DNA of 64,000 bases from Malacoraja senta. Its lineage: Eukaryota. The position numbers were made by a program, and so were the translations under genes. The notes beneath the pieces are model-generated. The model searched no databases. It was not told the DNA's origin and saw only the letters and a program-made list of their open reading frames with translations. Positions within the stretch are counted from its first letter, which is position 1. Each line of letters opens with the position of its first letter. The stretch lies in contig CM075991.1 in the NCBI GenBank assembly GCA_038087875.1, positions 3,224,001 to 3,288,000 of the forward strand. The letters are read 5' to 3'. Shown here in pieces: positions 25,095 through 36,668 of this stretch.

Positions 25095-26835
25095 CTGCTA
25101 TATCATCTTTAATAATCAACCAGCATCTTCCCCACTACCGATGTAAGGCTAACTGGTCTATAATTACCCATTTTCTCTCTTAAAAAGTGGAGTTACATTG
25201 GCTTCCCTCCAGTCCACAGGAACTGATCTAGAGTCGAGAGAACATTGGAAAATGATCACCAATGCATCCACGATTTCTTGGGCCACCTCCCTGAGTACTC
25301 TGGGATGCAGACCATCAGACACTGGGGATTTATCTCCCATCAGTCCCAACATTTTACCTAACACCATTTTCTGACTAATGTGGTTTCCCTTCAGTTCCTC
25401 CCTCCCAGTAAATCCTCGGTCCCCTAGTATTTCCAGGAGATTGTTTGTGTCTTCCTCAATGAAGACAGAACCAAAGTACTCGTTTAACTGTCCTGCCATT
25501 TCCTAGTTTCCCATTCTGCATTCACCTGTCTCTGACTGTAAGGGAGCTACATTTGTCTTCACTAATCTTTTCCTTTTTACATACCCAAAGAAACATTTAC
25601 AGTCAATTTGTATATTCCCTGCAAACTTTCTTTCATGCTCTTTAACCCCCCTCTTAAATAACCCCTTGGTCCTCCTGTTGAGTTCTAAATTTCTCCCTGT
25701 CCTCTGGTTTGTAGCTTCTTCTGGCCAATTTATATGCTTCTTACTTGGATCTAACTCTATCCTTGACTTCCCTCATTACCTACGGTTGAGCCGCCTACCC
25801 AGTTTTATTTTTTCGCCAGACAGGGATGAACAATTTCTGGAGTTCATCCATGCAGTCTTTAAATTGTTGCCATTGCATCTCTGCTGTCAACCCTTTAAGT
25901 ATAATTTGCCAGTCCATTCCTAGCCAATTCCCATCTAATATCTTTAAAGTTTCCTTTATGCAAGTTCAGGACCCTTGTCTCATAATTAACCGTGTCATTC
26001 TCCATCCTGATGTAGAATTCCACCGTATTATGGTCACTGCTGCCCAAGGGGCCTTGCACAACAAGATCGCCAACTAATCCTTCCTCATTACACAATACCC
26101 AGTCTAGGATGGCTTGCCCTCTGGTCGGTTCCTCTACATATTGGTTTAAAAACCCATCCCGTATACATTCCAGGAAATCCTCCTCCTCAGCACTGTTACC
26201 AATTTGGTTGGCCCAATCTATATTTAGATTAAAGTCACCCATGATATCCGCTGTACCTTTGCTACACGCATCCCTAATTTCCTGCTTGATGCTGTCCCCA
26301 ACCTCTCTACTGCTGTTTGCTGGTCTCTATACAACTCCAACAAGAATTTTCTGCCCTTGGCTATTTTGCAGATCTACCCATATCGATTCTACAGCATCCA
26401 AGCTAATGTCTCTCCTTGCTATTGCATTAATCTCCTCTTTAACCAGCAATGCCACCCCACTTCCTCTTCGTTTCTGTCTATCCTTCCTGAATATGGACCA
26501 CCCCTGCATGTTTAGCTCCCAGCCTTGGTCACCCTGGAGCCATGTCTCCGTAATTCCAACTATATCATATCCCTTAACTACTAACTGGGCATTCAATTCA
26601 TCCACGTTTTTACAAATGCTCATCGCATTAAGACACAAAGTTTTCAGGTTAGTTTTTCTTATCTCCCTTCTAACTTTTGCTTCTGTCCTCATTTTATGGC
26701 CCACTGTCTGCTTGCATTGGGCCCCATCCCCCTGCCCTGTTAGTTTAAATGTGACCTTTCCAACACTCTCTTTCCCGTGAGCTGCACGGATACGCTTCCA
26801 CGTTGCTGACTCCACCCCCCCATTTTTAGTTAAAA
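25095..26835 (-). mobile_element. Decayed CR1 ORF2 5' half
   Basis: LCLNA, GITETW, MGDFN, SDHN and LHPRVLRE motifs. Confidence 0.92.
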
Positions 26836-27006
26836 CCCACCCGTTTCCACACTGCACCTCTCAACTAAACTAAACTAAACTTAGGGCGACACGGTGGTGC
26901 GGCAGTAGAGTTGCTGCCTTACAGCGCCAGAGACCCGGGTTTGGTTTTGGTGTGTCGAAGGGCCTGCATCCACACTGTATCTCGAACCAATACTAAACTA
27001 AACTAA
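26835..27006 (+). mobile_element. Deleted HE1-like SINE pieces (duplicate at ~41585-41750)
   Basis: GGTGCGGCAGTAGAGTTGCTGCCTTACAGCGCCAGAGACCCGGGTT head and (CTAAA)n tails. Confidence 0.7.
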
Positions 27007-27041
27007 CACCAATCGGCTGGGGATGTTTGAGATTCAGAAGG

Positions 27042-27461
27042 TGTCACACTGCCTGCTAATTCCTCTGCTGACCACTTGAGGGCGGCATAATCTGTGTTCT
27101 CTTTTGTGTTTATCCTGTTTTAGGTATTGTCACCTGTGTGTCATTATTTGTGTTACTGTCTGAGTTCCCTTTTTAAGTTCTGATGTTTGTCTCTGTTGGT
27201 GCTTTGTCTTGAATTTTTGCTGGCTGTTTCTTGTTCTCTTGTTCACCTTTACTTGTGGTTTTGACCTTTGGTCTGATCTCTCGAATTTGATTCTTCTTGC
27301 TGCAAATTTTTGGATTTTGACCCTGTGGTCTGCTTACGACCACTATTCCAGTAAAATCCCTTCTGTGTTTTAACTTGTTCCTGGCTCCTGTGTGCCCTCT
27401 GTGCTTGGGTCTACTCTGCTTTCATACCTGTTCCGGCAAGACAGGGATGGGAACAATGACA
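27042..27461 (+). mobile_element. Solo LTR (Gypsy-type)
   Basis: TGTCA...TGACA termini, 5-bp TSD GAAGG/GAAGA, T-rich body, AGTAAA signal. Confidence 0.75.
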
Positions 27462-27546
27462 GAAGAGTTTATTTTCAAATCTTACCCCCTCCCATCAAAC
27501 TCTTTACAGCCTGATAGATAAAAAAATACATCTATTGATGCTCCTG

Positions 27547-27611
27547 AACACATCATCAGTGATGTAACATGGGCTCATTGGGTGTTTCGGGTCTTTCAAC
27601 ATCAGATACCC
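27547..27611 (-). ncRNA. Candidate non-canonically permuted hammerhead ribozyme in the Hero 3' UTR (copy 1)
   Basis: GGGUAUC-UGAUGU-ugaaa-GACCC-GAAACACCC-14nt-ACAUCA-CUGAUGA-U-GUGUU. Confidence 0.45.
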
Positions 27612-29140
27612 TCACCCAGGTGACCCAGCCGTGGTTGCTCAGACCACGACTTGTGTTCAGGTGGCATTCGCTCCACCTCATGGACCTCCTCTCCTGATCC
27701 AGAGCCATCTCGAGGCCTTCTCTGCTGCCTTTGTGGTGTTCTTGATGGCTCTTCTCCTCTCCATTCCATTGATGCCCAGTGCACTCAAGGCTTTGTAGAG
27801 CGATTGCCCTGCAAAACCTCTGCAGCCAACCTCAATGGGCATACACCTTGCCTTCCAGCCTTGCTTATGGCAGTCTATGACCAGCTCTTCGTACTTGGTC
27901 ATCTTCCTCTCGTGGGCCTCCTCCAGACGGTCCTCCCACGGCACTGTCAGTTCGAACAAGACAATGTTTTTGTTCGCCTCTGAGACCAGGTGGATGTCTG
28001 GCCTCAGGGTGGTTGTGGCAATATGCTGTGCGAACTTCAGCTGTTTCACCAGGTCTACAGAAAGCTGCCAGTCCTGCACAGTCGCCAGGATGCCTGACAG
28101 ATTCCTGACGACTGTGGTTCTTGCCAGCTGCACTCCGGCCTTCACGAACGTGATCATCTGGGTGTTGGGGCGTGCTCGTCTGCAGCTGCTGATTCCCACG
28201 CTGATGACTTCTGCAATGGGGTTAAGAACCTGGTCGTGACGCCAGGTGTACCAGCCCTGCCCAAGAGCCTTTGGGCAGCAGCTCAGGATGTGTTCCAACG
28301 TTCTGTTGACTGGGCATTGCGGGCAATCCGGAGATTCCGCTTTGCCCCAGATGAAGAGGTTCGATGGGTTGGGCAAGATATCGTACACTGCCTGGACCAA
28401 GAACTTGATGCACTGTGGTTCAGCCTGCCAGAGCTCAGTCCATGTGACTTTTTGGTCCATGGCCTGCTCCCACCTTGTCCAGGCTCCCGGCTGCCTCTAG
28501 CCAACCACTCTGCCAGACCTCTCCTCCTTCACTGCTGCCCTCACTTCGACCTGGACCAGCCTGCGGCTCTCCTACCCTTTGGCCTTGTCAAACTGGGGAG
28601 TTGGGAAGATTCCCACACCAGCTCTTCCCCGAGTCACTGCTCCCACCAGGACTCCATGGCGTATCCGAGACTCTCCTTCCAGCACGGCTTCGCCGGCTCT
28701 CCGCTTCCTCCCAGTTTTCACCTCCACCACTGCCTGAGCCACCTTGGGATCGCTGGAGTCCCTGTACAGCATCACCACTCTGGCCCGAGTCACCTTAAAC
28801 TCCTCCCCCAGGGACTTCAGGGGCCGCTGGAGCTTGGTATTATTTCCATAAAGGGCGATGCTGCTAAGGCTCCTGGGCAGTTCCAGCCACCTCCTGAAAA
28901 AGCTGCTGACTTTCCTCTCCAATCTCTCTTTGATGGATATTGGGTCTTCTTAAACAAGCGGTGGCCAGAGTATCCTTGGCAAGATACCATGCTGGTAAAT
29001 CCATGCCTTGAACTTGCCGGGAAGCCCCGGCCGGTCCACCGCTCTCAACCAGCTCTCCAACTCCTGACAGGTTGCATGGACTGATGCTGTATCCTTCAGG
29101 CTGCTGTTAAACACCTTGCCAAGACTCTTCACTGGCTTTT

Positions 29141-29480
29141 CAGAGGCCCAAGAGCCGTTGGAGAGATCGCAGAGGGAGGAGCTACACCCGAGCGGTAGGA
29201 CTTAAAAAGGAGCGCGGGGTTTGTTCCTTACAGAGGCCCAAGAGCCGTTGGAGAGATCGCAGAGGGAGGAGCTACACCCGAGCGGTAGGACTTAAAAAGG
29301 AGCGCGGGGTTTGTTCCTTACAGAGGCCCAAGAGCCGTTGGAGAGATCGCAGAGGGAGGAGCTACACCCGAGCGGTAGGACTTAAAAAGGAGCGCGGGGT
29401 TTGTTCCTTACAGAGGCCCAAGAGCCGTTGGGGAGGTCGCAGAGGGAGGAGCTACACCCGAGTGGTAGGAGTTAAAAAGG
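29141..29480 (+). repeat. 90-bp tandem monomer (~3.8 copies) forming the CR1 5' UTR
   Basis: Units start at 29141, 29231, 29321 and 29411; the first three are identical. Confidence 0.97.
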
Positions 29481-29648
29481 AACCCAAATCTGTAACGTTC
29501 CAAGTTCCACTTCAAAAACAAGTGGGTTTGAGGAAGCCGCTGATTGGTGGATGCAGACAAGAGGGAGCAGCTGATTGGGAGTCAGATCCTTGCTGATTGT
29601 ACTGTATTGTAGCAGTTTGTTTTATATTCTATCCAGGGTAAGGGGAGT

Positions 29649-30584
29649 ATGAGGGCCAGGGCAGTTTACTGTTCTGGATGTCAGATGTGGGAAGTCATGG
29701 AGTCTGATAGCCCTCCAGACGTCCACATCTGCGCCAGGTGTATCGAGATGGGGCTCCTAATGGACCGTATTAGGAACCTGGAGCAGCAGATTGATGACCT
29801 ACGTCTGGTCAGGGAGAGCGAGGAAGTCATTGAGAGGAGTTACAGGGATGTGGTCACTCCAACACCACAGGAGGCAGGCAAGTGGATCACGGTTGGGAGA
29901 GGCAAGGGGCACAGGCAGGGACTAGAGAGTACCCCGGTGGCTGTACACCTTGACAATAAGTACTCCTGTTTGAGCACTGTTGGGGTGGACAGCCTACCTG
30001 GGGGTAGCGACAGCGGCCGGGCCTCCGGTATAGAGACCGGTCCTGTTGCTCAGAAGGGTAAGGAAAAGAAGAGGAGGGCAATATTAATAGGGGACTCTAT
30101 AGTTAGGGGGTCAGACAGGCGATTCTGTGGACGCAGTCGGGAGACCCGGATGGTAGTTTGCCTCCCTGGTGCCAGGGTCTGTGATGTGTCTCAACGTGTC
30201 CAAGACATCCTGAAAGGGCAGGGAGAGGAGCCCGAGGTCGTGATACATATAGGTACCAATGACATAGGTAAAAAAAGAGAAGAGGTCCTGAAAGGAGAAT
30301 TTAGGGAGTTAGGAGGGGAGTTAAAGAGAAGGACAGCAAAGGTAACAATCTCGGGATTACTGCCTGTGCCACGCGACAGTGAGAGTAGGAATGGAGCGAG
30401 GTGGAGGATAAATGCGTGGCTGAAGGACTGGTGCAGAAGGCAGGGATTCAAATTTCTGGATCATTGGGACCTCTTTTGTGGAAGGTTCGACCTGTACAAA
30501 AAGGATGGGTTGCAATTGAACCTGAGGGGGACCGATATCCTGGCAGGGAGATCTGCAAAGGCTACTGGGGAGACTTTAAACTAG
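29649..30584 (+). CDS. CR1 ORF1p (zinc finger/coiled coil plus SGNH esterase domain)
   Basis: Intact 311 aa with CSGC..CARC, IGDSIVR, CLPGA, HIGTND and DGLQL. Confidence 0.93.
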   Translation: MRARAVYCSGCQMWEVMESDSPPDVHICARCIEMGLLMDRIRNLEQQIDDLRLVRESEEVIERSYRDVVTPTPQEAGKWITVGRGKGHRQGLESTPVAVHLDNKYSCLSTVGVDSLPGGSDSGRASGIETGPVAQKGKEKKRRAILIGDSIVRGSDRRFCGRSRETRMVVCLPGARVCDVSQRVQDILKGQGEEPEVVIHIGTNDIGKKREEVLKGEFRELGGELKRRTAKVTISGLLPVPRDSESRNGARWRINAWLKDWCRRQGFKFLDHWDLFCGRFDLYKKDGLQLNLRGTDILAGRSAKATGETLN

Positions 30585-33500
30585 AACGGTTGGGGGGAGG
30601 GACTCAAATAGAGAATGCTATTAGACAGTGTGTGAGGCAGGAGGCAGAGAAGGAAAGCACTCAGACCCAACATGTAGGGGGGGAAGAAGAAAACAATAAT
30701 AAACAGAGAATAAGAGGTGGTGGGGTTCTTAAATGGGTGAGCAGAGAAACAGAGGGGTGTAAAATGCGGGCGGAAGCAATAGGTAGCAAGGTGAAAAGTA
30801 AAAGTGGCAGGCAGACAAATACAGGGCAAAAATCAAAAAGAGCCACTTTTCAACATAATTGTATAAGGGGTAAGAGCGTTGTAAAAACAAGCCTGAAGGC
30901 TTTGTGTCTCAATGCAAGGAGCATTCGTAATAAGGTGGATGAGTTGAACGTGCAGATAGCAATTAATGATTATGATATAGTTGGGATCACGGAGACATGG
31001 CTCCAGGGTGACCAAGGCTGGGAGCTGAACATCCAGGGATATTCAATATTCAGGAGGGATAGAGAAAAAGGAAAAGGAGGTGGGGTAGCGTTGCTGGTTA
31101 GAGAGGAGATTAACGCAGTGGAAAGGAAGGACATTAGCTTGGAGGATGTGGAATCGGTATGGGTAGAGCTGCGAAACACTAAGGGGCAGAAAACGTTGGT
31201 GGGTGTTGTGTACAGGCCAGCTAGCAGTAGTAGTGAAGTTGGGGATGGCATCAAACAGGAAATTAGAAATGCGTGCAACAAAGGCAAAACAGTTATAATG
31301 GGTGACTTCAATCTACATATAGATTGGGTGAATCAAATTGGCAGGGGTGCTGAGGAAGAGGATTTCTTGGAATGTAAGAGGGATAGTTATCTAAACCAAC
31401 ATGTAGAGGAACCAACGAGAGAGCAGGCTATTCTAGACTGGGTATTGAGTAATGAGGAAGGGTTAGTTAGCAGACTTGTTGTGCGTGCCCCCTTGGGCAA
31501 GAGTGACCATAATATGGTTGAGTTCTTCATTAGGATGGAGAGTGACATTGTTAATTCAGAAACAAAGGTTCTGAACTTAAAGAAAGGTAATTTTGAGGGT
31601 ATGAGACGTGAATTGCCCAAGATTGACTGGCAATTAGTTCTAAAAGGGTTGACGGTGGATATGCAATGGAAGGCATTTAAAGACTGCATGGATGAACTAC
31701 AAAAATTGTTCATCCCAGTTTGGCAAAAGAATAAATCAGGGAAGGTAGTGCATCCGTGGATAACAAGGGAAATCAGGGATAGTATCAAAGCAAAAGATGA
31801 TGCGTACAAATTAGCCAGAAAAAGCAGCATACCAGAGGACTGGGAGAAATTCAGAGACCAGCAGAGGAGGACAAAGGGCTCAATTAGGAAAGGGAAAATA
31901 GATTATGAAAGGAAACTGGCAGGGAACATAAAAACTGACTGCAAAAGTTTTTATAGGTATGTGAAGAGAAAGAGATTAGTTAAAACAAATGTAGGTCCCT
32001 TGCAGTCAGAAACAGGTGAATTGATCATGGGGAACAAGGATATGGCGGACCAATTGAATAACTACTTTGGTTCCGTCTTCACTAAGGAAGACATAAATAA
32101 TCTGCCGGAAATAGCAGGGGGCCGCGGGTCAAAGGAGATGGAGGAACTGAGTGAAATCCAGGTTAGTCGGGAAGTGGTGTTGGGTAAATTGAATGGATTA
32201 AAGGCCGATAAATCACCAGGGCCAGATAGGCTGCATCCCAGAGTACTTAACGAAGTAGCTCCAGAAATAGTGGATGCATTAGTGCTAATTTTTCAAAACT
32301 CTTTAGATTCTGGAGTAGTTCCTGAGGATTGGAGGGTAGCAAACGTAACCCCACTTTTTAAGAAGGGAGGGAGAGAGAAAACGGGGAATTACAGACCAGT
32401 TAGTCTAACATCGGTAGTGGGGAAACTGCTAGAGTCAGTTATTAAAGATGGGATAGCAGCACATTTGGAAAGTGGTGAAATCATTGGACAAAGTCAGCAT
32501 GGATTTACGAAAGGTAAATCGTGTCTGACGAATCTTATAGAATTTTTCGAGGATGTAACTAGTAGAGTGGATAGGGGAGAACCAGTGGATGTGTTGTATC
32601 TGGACTTTCAGAAGGCTTTCGACAAGGTACCACATAAGAGATTAGGATACAAACTTAAATCACACGGTATTGGGGGTTCAGTATTGATGTGGATAGAGAA
32701 CTGGCTGGCAAACAGGAAGCAAAGAGTAGGATTAAACGGGTCCTTTTCACAATGGCAGGCAGTGACTAGTGGGGTACCGCAAGGCTCTGTGCTGGGACCC
32801 CAGCTATTTACAATTTATATTAATGATCTGGACGAGGGAATTGAAAGCAACATCTCCAAGTTTGCGGATGACACTAAGCTGGGGGGCAGTGTTAGCTGTG
32901 AGGAGGATGCTAGGAGACTGCAAGTTGACTTGGATAGACTGGGTGAGTGGGCAAATGTTTGGCAGATGCAGTATTATGTGGATAAATGTGAGGTTATCCA
33001 CTTTGGTGGCAAGAACAGGAAGGCAGACTATTATCTAAATGGTGGCCGATTAGGAAATGGGGGAGATGCAGCGAGACCTGGGTGTCATGGTACACCAGTC
33101 ATTGAAAGTAGGCATGCAGGTGCAGCAGGCAGTGAAGAAAGCGAATGGTATGTTGGCCTTCATAGCAAGAGGATTTGAGTATAGGAGCAGGGAGGTTCTA
33201 CTGCAGTTGTACAGGGTCTTGGTGAGACCACACCTGGAGTATTGCGTACAGTTTCGGTCTCCAAATCTGAGGAAGGACATTATAGCCATAGAGGGAGTGC
33301 AGAGAAGGTTGACCAGACTGATTCCTGGGATGTCAGGACTTTCATATGAAGAAAGACTGGATAGACTTGGCTTATACTCGCTAGAATTTAGGAGATTGAG
33401 AGGGGATCTTATAGAAACGTACAAAATTCTGATGGGGTTGGACAGGCTAGATGCAGGAAGATTGTTCCCGATGTTGGGGAAGTCCAGGACAAGGGGTCAC

Positions 33501-33701
33501 AGCTTAAGGATAAGGGGGAAATCCTTTAAGACCGAGATGAGGAAAAACTTTTTCACACAGAGAGTGGTGAATCTCTGGAACTCTCTGCCACAGAGGGTAG
33601 TTGAGGCCAGTTCATTGGCTATATTTAAGAGGGAGTTAGATGTGGCCCTTGTGGCTAAGGGGATCAGGGGGTATGGAGAGAAGGCCGGTACGGGATACTG
33701 A
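30401..33701 (+). pseudogene. CR1 ORF2p (APE endonuclease + reverse transcriptase) with one +1 frameshift; true start uncertain
   Basis: A 925-aa ORF and a 214-aa ORF join at the G5 run 33059-33063, which is G4 in the copy near 61110. Confidence 0.93.
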
Positions 33702-34659
33702 GTTGGATGATCAGCCATGATCATATTGAATGGCGGTGCAGGCTCGAAGGGCCGAATGGCCTACTCCTGCACCTATTTTCTATGTTTCTATCTATGTTTT
33801 CGGAGACAATTAGGATTGGTGTCCCTTCGTGCTGAAGCGGAACCTGTCCATGACTTTGCCCTACTTCAGCACCAGTCACCTTGATTTTCCTGGCTTAAAC
33901 CTCATCCTTGCCCATCCAGTCAGTTTCTCCAACCCCTGCAGGATCCACCTGCCTCCTGGCAATGACTCAGTGGTGACAGTCAGGTCGTCCATGAAGGCTC
34001 TGATTCGTGGTTGGCGCACTCCTGACTTGGTCCGAGGGCCCCGGCACTCTGGCTCAGCAGACTTGACGATCATGTTTATCACCAAGGCAAAAAGGACCAC
34101 AGAGATGGTACAGCCTGTGGTGATCCCAACCTCCAGTCTGTGCCACTCTGATGTTACTGACCCTGATGAGACTGTCATGCTGGACTGGTTGTAATAGTCC
34201 TGGATGAGATCTGCCACTTGGCCCGGCACATGGTGCTTGGCCATGACTGTCGGATCAGCTTGTGTGGGAAGGAGCCATAGGCGTTGGCCAGGTCAAGCCA
34301 GAGCACTGTCAGGTCCCCCTTGTTCTCCCTGGCTTCTCTGATGAGCTGGGTCACCATTCCCGTGTGCTCTTGACACCCCGGCACTCTAGATAACCCTCCC
34401 TTTTGCACTGATGTAGCCATTGCTGGAAAGGAAGTTGGTCAGCCGCCTCGCCACTATGCTGAAGAAGTTCATAGGATCTATGCTAAAAATTATCGTAGGA
34501 TGAGGGAAGATTTGGTTAACAGGCCCAAATTAATCAAAGTGCAAACAAAATGTGTGGGAGGGAACTGCAGATGCTGGTATACACCGAAGATAGACACAAA
34601 ATGCTGGAGTAACTTGGCGGCTTGGGCAGCATTTCTGAAGAAAAAGAACAGGTGAGGTT

Positions 34660-35310
34660 TCATTATTTCGAGAGGGCTTGTATACAAAAACAGGGATATA
34701 ATGTGGAGGCTCTATACAGCGCTGGTCAGGCCTATTTGGAATTTTGTGAGCAATTTTGGGCACCATATCTGAGGAAGGATGTGCTGGTTCTGTAGAGGGT
34801 CCAGAGGAGGTTTACAAGAATGATCCCAGGGATTCCAGGATCCCAGGAAAGGGTGGGTTAACATACGATGGGTGATTAATGTCACTGTGCCTATATTTGC
34901 TGGAGTTTAGAAGAATGATGGGAGGGAGTGTTCCTCATTGAAACTTATAGCATAGTGAAAGATTTGGATAGAGTGGATATAGAGAGGACATGTCCACTTG
35001 TGGGAGAGTCTAGGACTGGAGGTCATAGCCTCAGAATTAAAGGACATTATTTTATGAAGGAGATGAGGAGGAATTTCTTTAGTCAGAGGTTGCAGAATCT
35101 GTGGAATTCATTGCTACAGAATGCTGCGGAGGCAAAGTCAGTGGATATATTTAAGGCAGAGATAGATACATTCTTGATTAGTACGGATGTCAGAAATTAT
35201 GGGGAGAAGGCAGGAGAACGGGGTTAGGAGGAAGAGGTACATCAGCCATGATTGTATGGCGGAGTAGACGAGCTGAATGGCCTCATTCTACTCATATCAC
35301 ATGATCTTAT
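34660..35310 (+). mobile_element. Decayed CR1 3' fragment; a minus-strand Penelope pLTR piece lies at ~34550-34660
   Basis: GESRTGGHSLRIK and RRNFFSQR motifs, CR1 3' UTR. Confidence 0.85.
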
Positions 35311-35479
35311 GAAGACTGGGCCAAACATGGAGACAGCAGAGATTAACCACCTCTGTTCTGCTCTGGCCAACCAAGGAGCTATGGTCTGGAGGAACCAACA
35401 GCTGCTTCACGACATTCTCCATAACCTGCAGTCTTTGACTGAGGCTTTCCAACAGAGCCAGTGACAGGCAAGTTCAAAA

Positions 35480-36525
35480 CCAGCCGCCACTTCTTTGAAG
35501 AAGTAAATAGCAGGACAGACAAAGGAGTTCCGCAGGGGTGGGTGTTGGGGCCGCTTCTCTTCACTTTGTATATTAATGATTTGGATGAGGGGTTTGAAGG
35601 CTTTGTGGCCAAGTTTGCAGATGATATGAAAATTGGTGGAAGGGCAGGTACTGTAGAGAAAGCAGGGACTCTGCAGAAGGATTTGGACAGGTTGGGAAAA
35701 TGGGCAGAGAGGTGGCAGATGGAATATTGTGTAGCAAAGTGTGGAGTCATGCATTTTGGTAGTAGGAATAATGGCGTGGACTATTTTCTAAATGGGGAGA
35801 GAATCCAGAAATCGGAAGTGCAAAGGGACTTGGGAGCTGGTGCAGGATTCCCAAAAAGTTAATCTAGAAATTGAATTGGGAGTAAAGAAAGCAAACTCAA
35901 TGCTTGCATTTATTTTAACAGGGCTTGTATATAAAAACAGGGATGCACTGCTAAGGCTCTATAAGGTGCTGGTAAAGCCACATTTGGAATATTGTGAGCA
36001 ATGTTGGGCATCATATCTGAGGAAGGATGCGCTGGCTGTGGTGAGGGTCCAGAGAAGGTTTACAAGAATGATCCCAGGAATGTGTAGCTTAGCCTATGAT
36101 GGGCGTTTGTCAGCACTGGGCCTGTACTCGCTGGAGTTTAGAAGAATGAGGGGGGACCTCATTGATACGTACAGAATAGAGTGGATGTGGAGAGGATGTT
36201 TCCACTAGTGGGAGAGTCTAGGGCAAGAGGTCATAGCCTTAAAATCAAACGACCTTTTATGAAGGAGATGAGGATAAATCTATTTAGTCGGAGGTTGATG
36301 AATCTGTCAAATTCTTTGCCACAGAAGGCTGTGGAGGCCAAGTTAGTGGATATTTTTAAGGCAGAGATAGATGGATTTTTGATTAGTACAGGTGTCAGAG
36401 GTTGTGGGGAGATGGCAGATGAATGGGGTACGGAGGGAGAGATAGATCAGCCATGATTGAATGGCGGAGTAGACCTGATGGGTCAAATGGCCTAATTCTA
36501 CTCATATCACTTCTGACCTGATGAC
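35480..36525 (+). mobile_element. Decayed 5'-truncated CR1
   Basis: GVPQGWVLGP and KFADD motifs, 3' UTR. Confidence 0.9.
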
Positions 36526-36668
36526 TTTGACAACAACACTTGATTCTACTCTTTCTGTTACTCAACCCAGCAGTGAGCCCCAGCTACCTTTACCATTATG
36601 ACAGTCACTCAGATAAATGCTGAACCTTGCTCATCAATTGCTCTCTGGCCCGCGAGCTTCAGCCATCC

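Larger units (their letters stand above)
29142..33796 (+). mobile_element. Full-length young CR1 LINE
   Basis: 5' monomers, ORF1, ORF2, 3' UTR and tail. 5-bp TSD TTTTC at 29137-29141 and 33797-33801; the empty site is visible at ~43815. Confidence 0.97.
24495..34400. repeat. Segmental duplication, copy 1 (excluding the later CR1 insertion at 29142-33796)
   Basis: Same order and junctions as 39225-44080, 52151-52204 and 63721-64000, at high identity. Confidence 0.95.
27515..34470 (-). mobile_element. Hero-like RLE-type non-LTR retrotransposon, copy 1; 5'-truncated and split by CR1
   Basis: RT WLDLANAYGS, GITTGCTIS and AFMDDL. CCHC knuckle CPQC..H....C, RHDQVL, RPDI..ELTVPWE..KY (restriction-like endonuclease). 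Stop at 27678. Confidence 0.9.

Noticed and set aside
29141..29480. CRISPR array or retrozyme repeat
   Set aside because: The units are contiguous and identical with no spacers, have no CUGANGA/GAAA core and lie inside a CR1.
34160..34175. Other CTGATGA matches as hammerheads (also ~2306, ~34338, ~38910)
   Set aside because: None has a correctly paired GAAA/UH with flanking stems.
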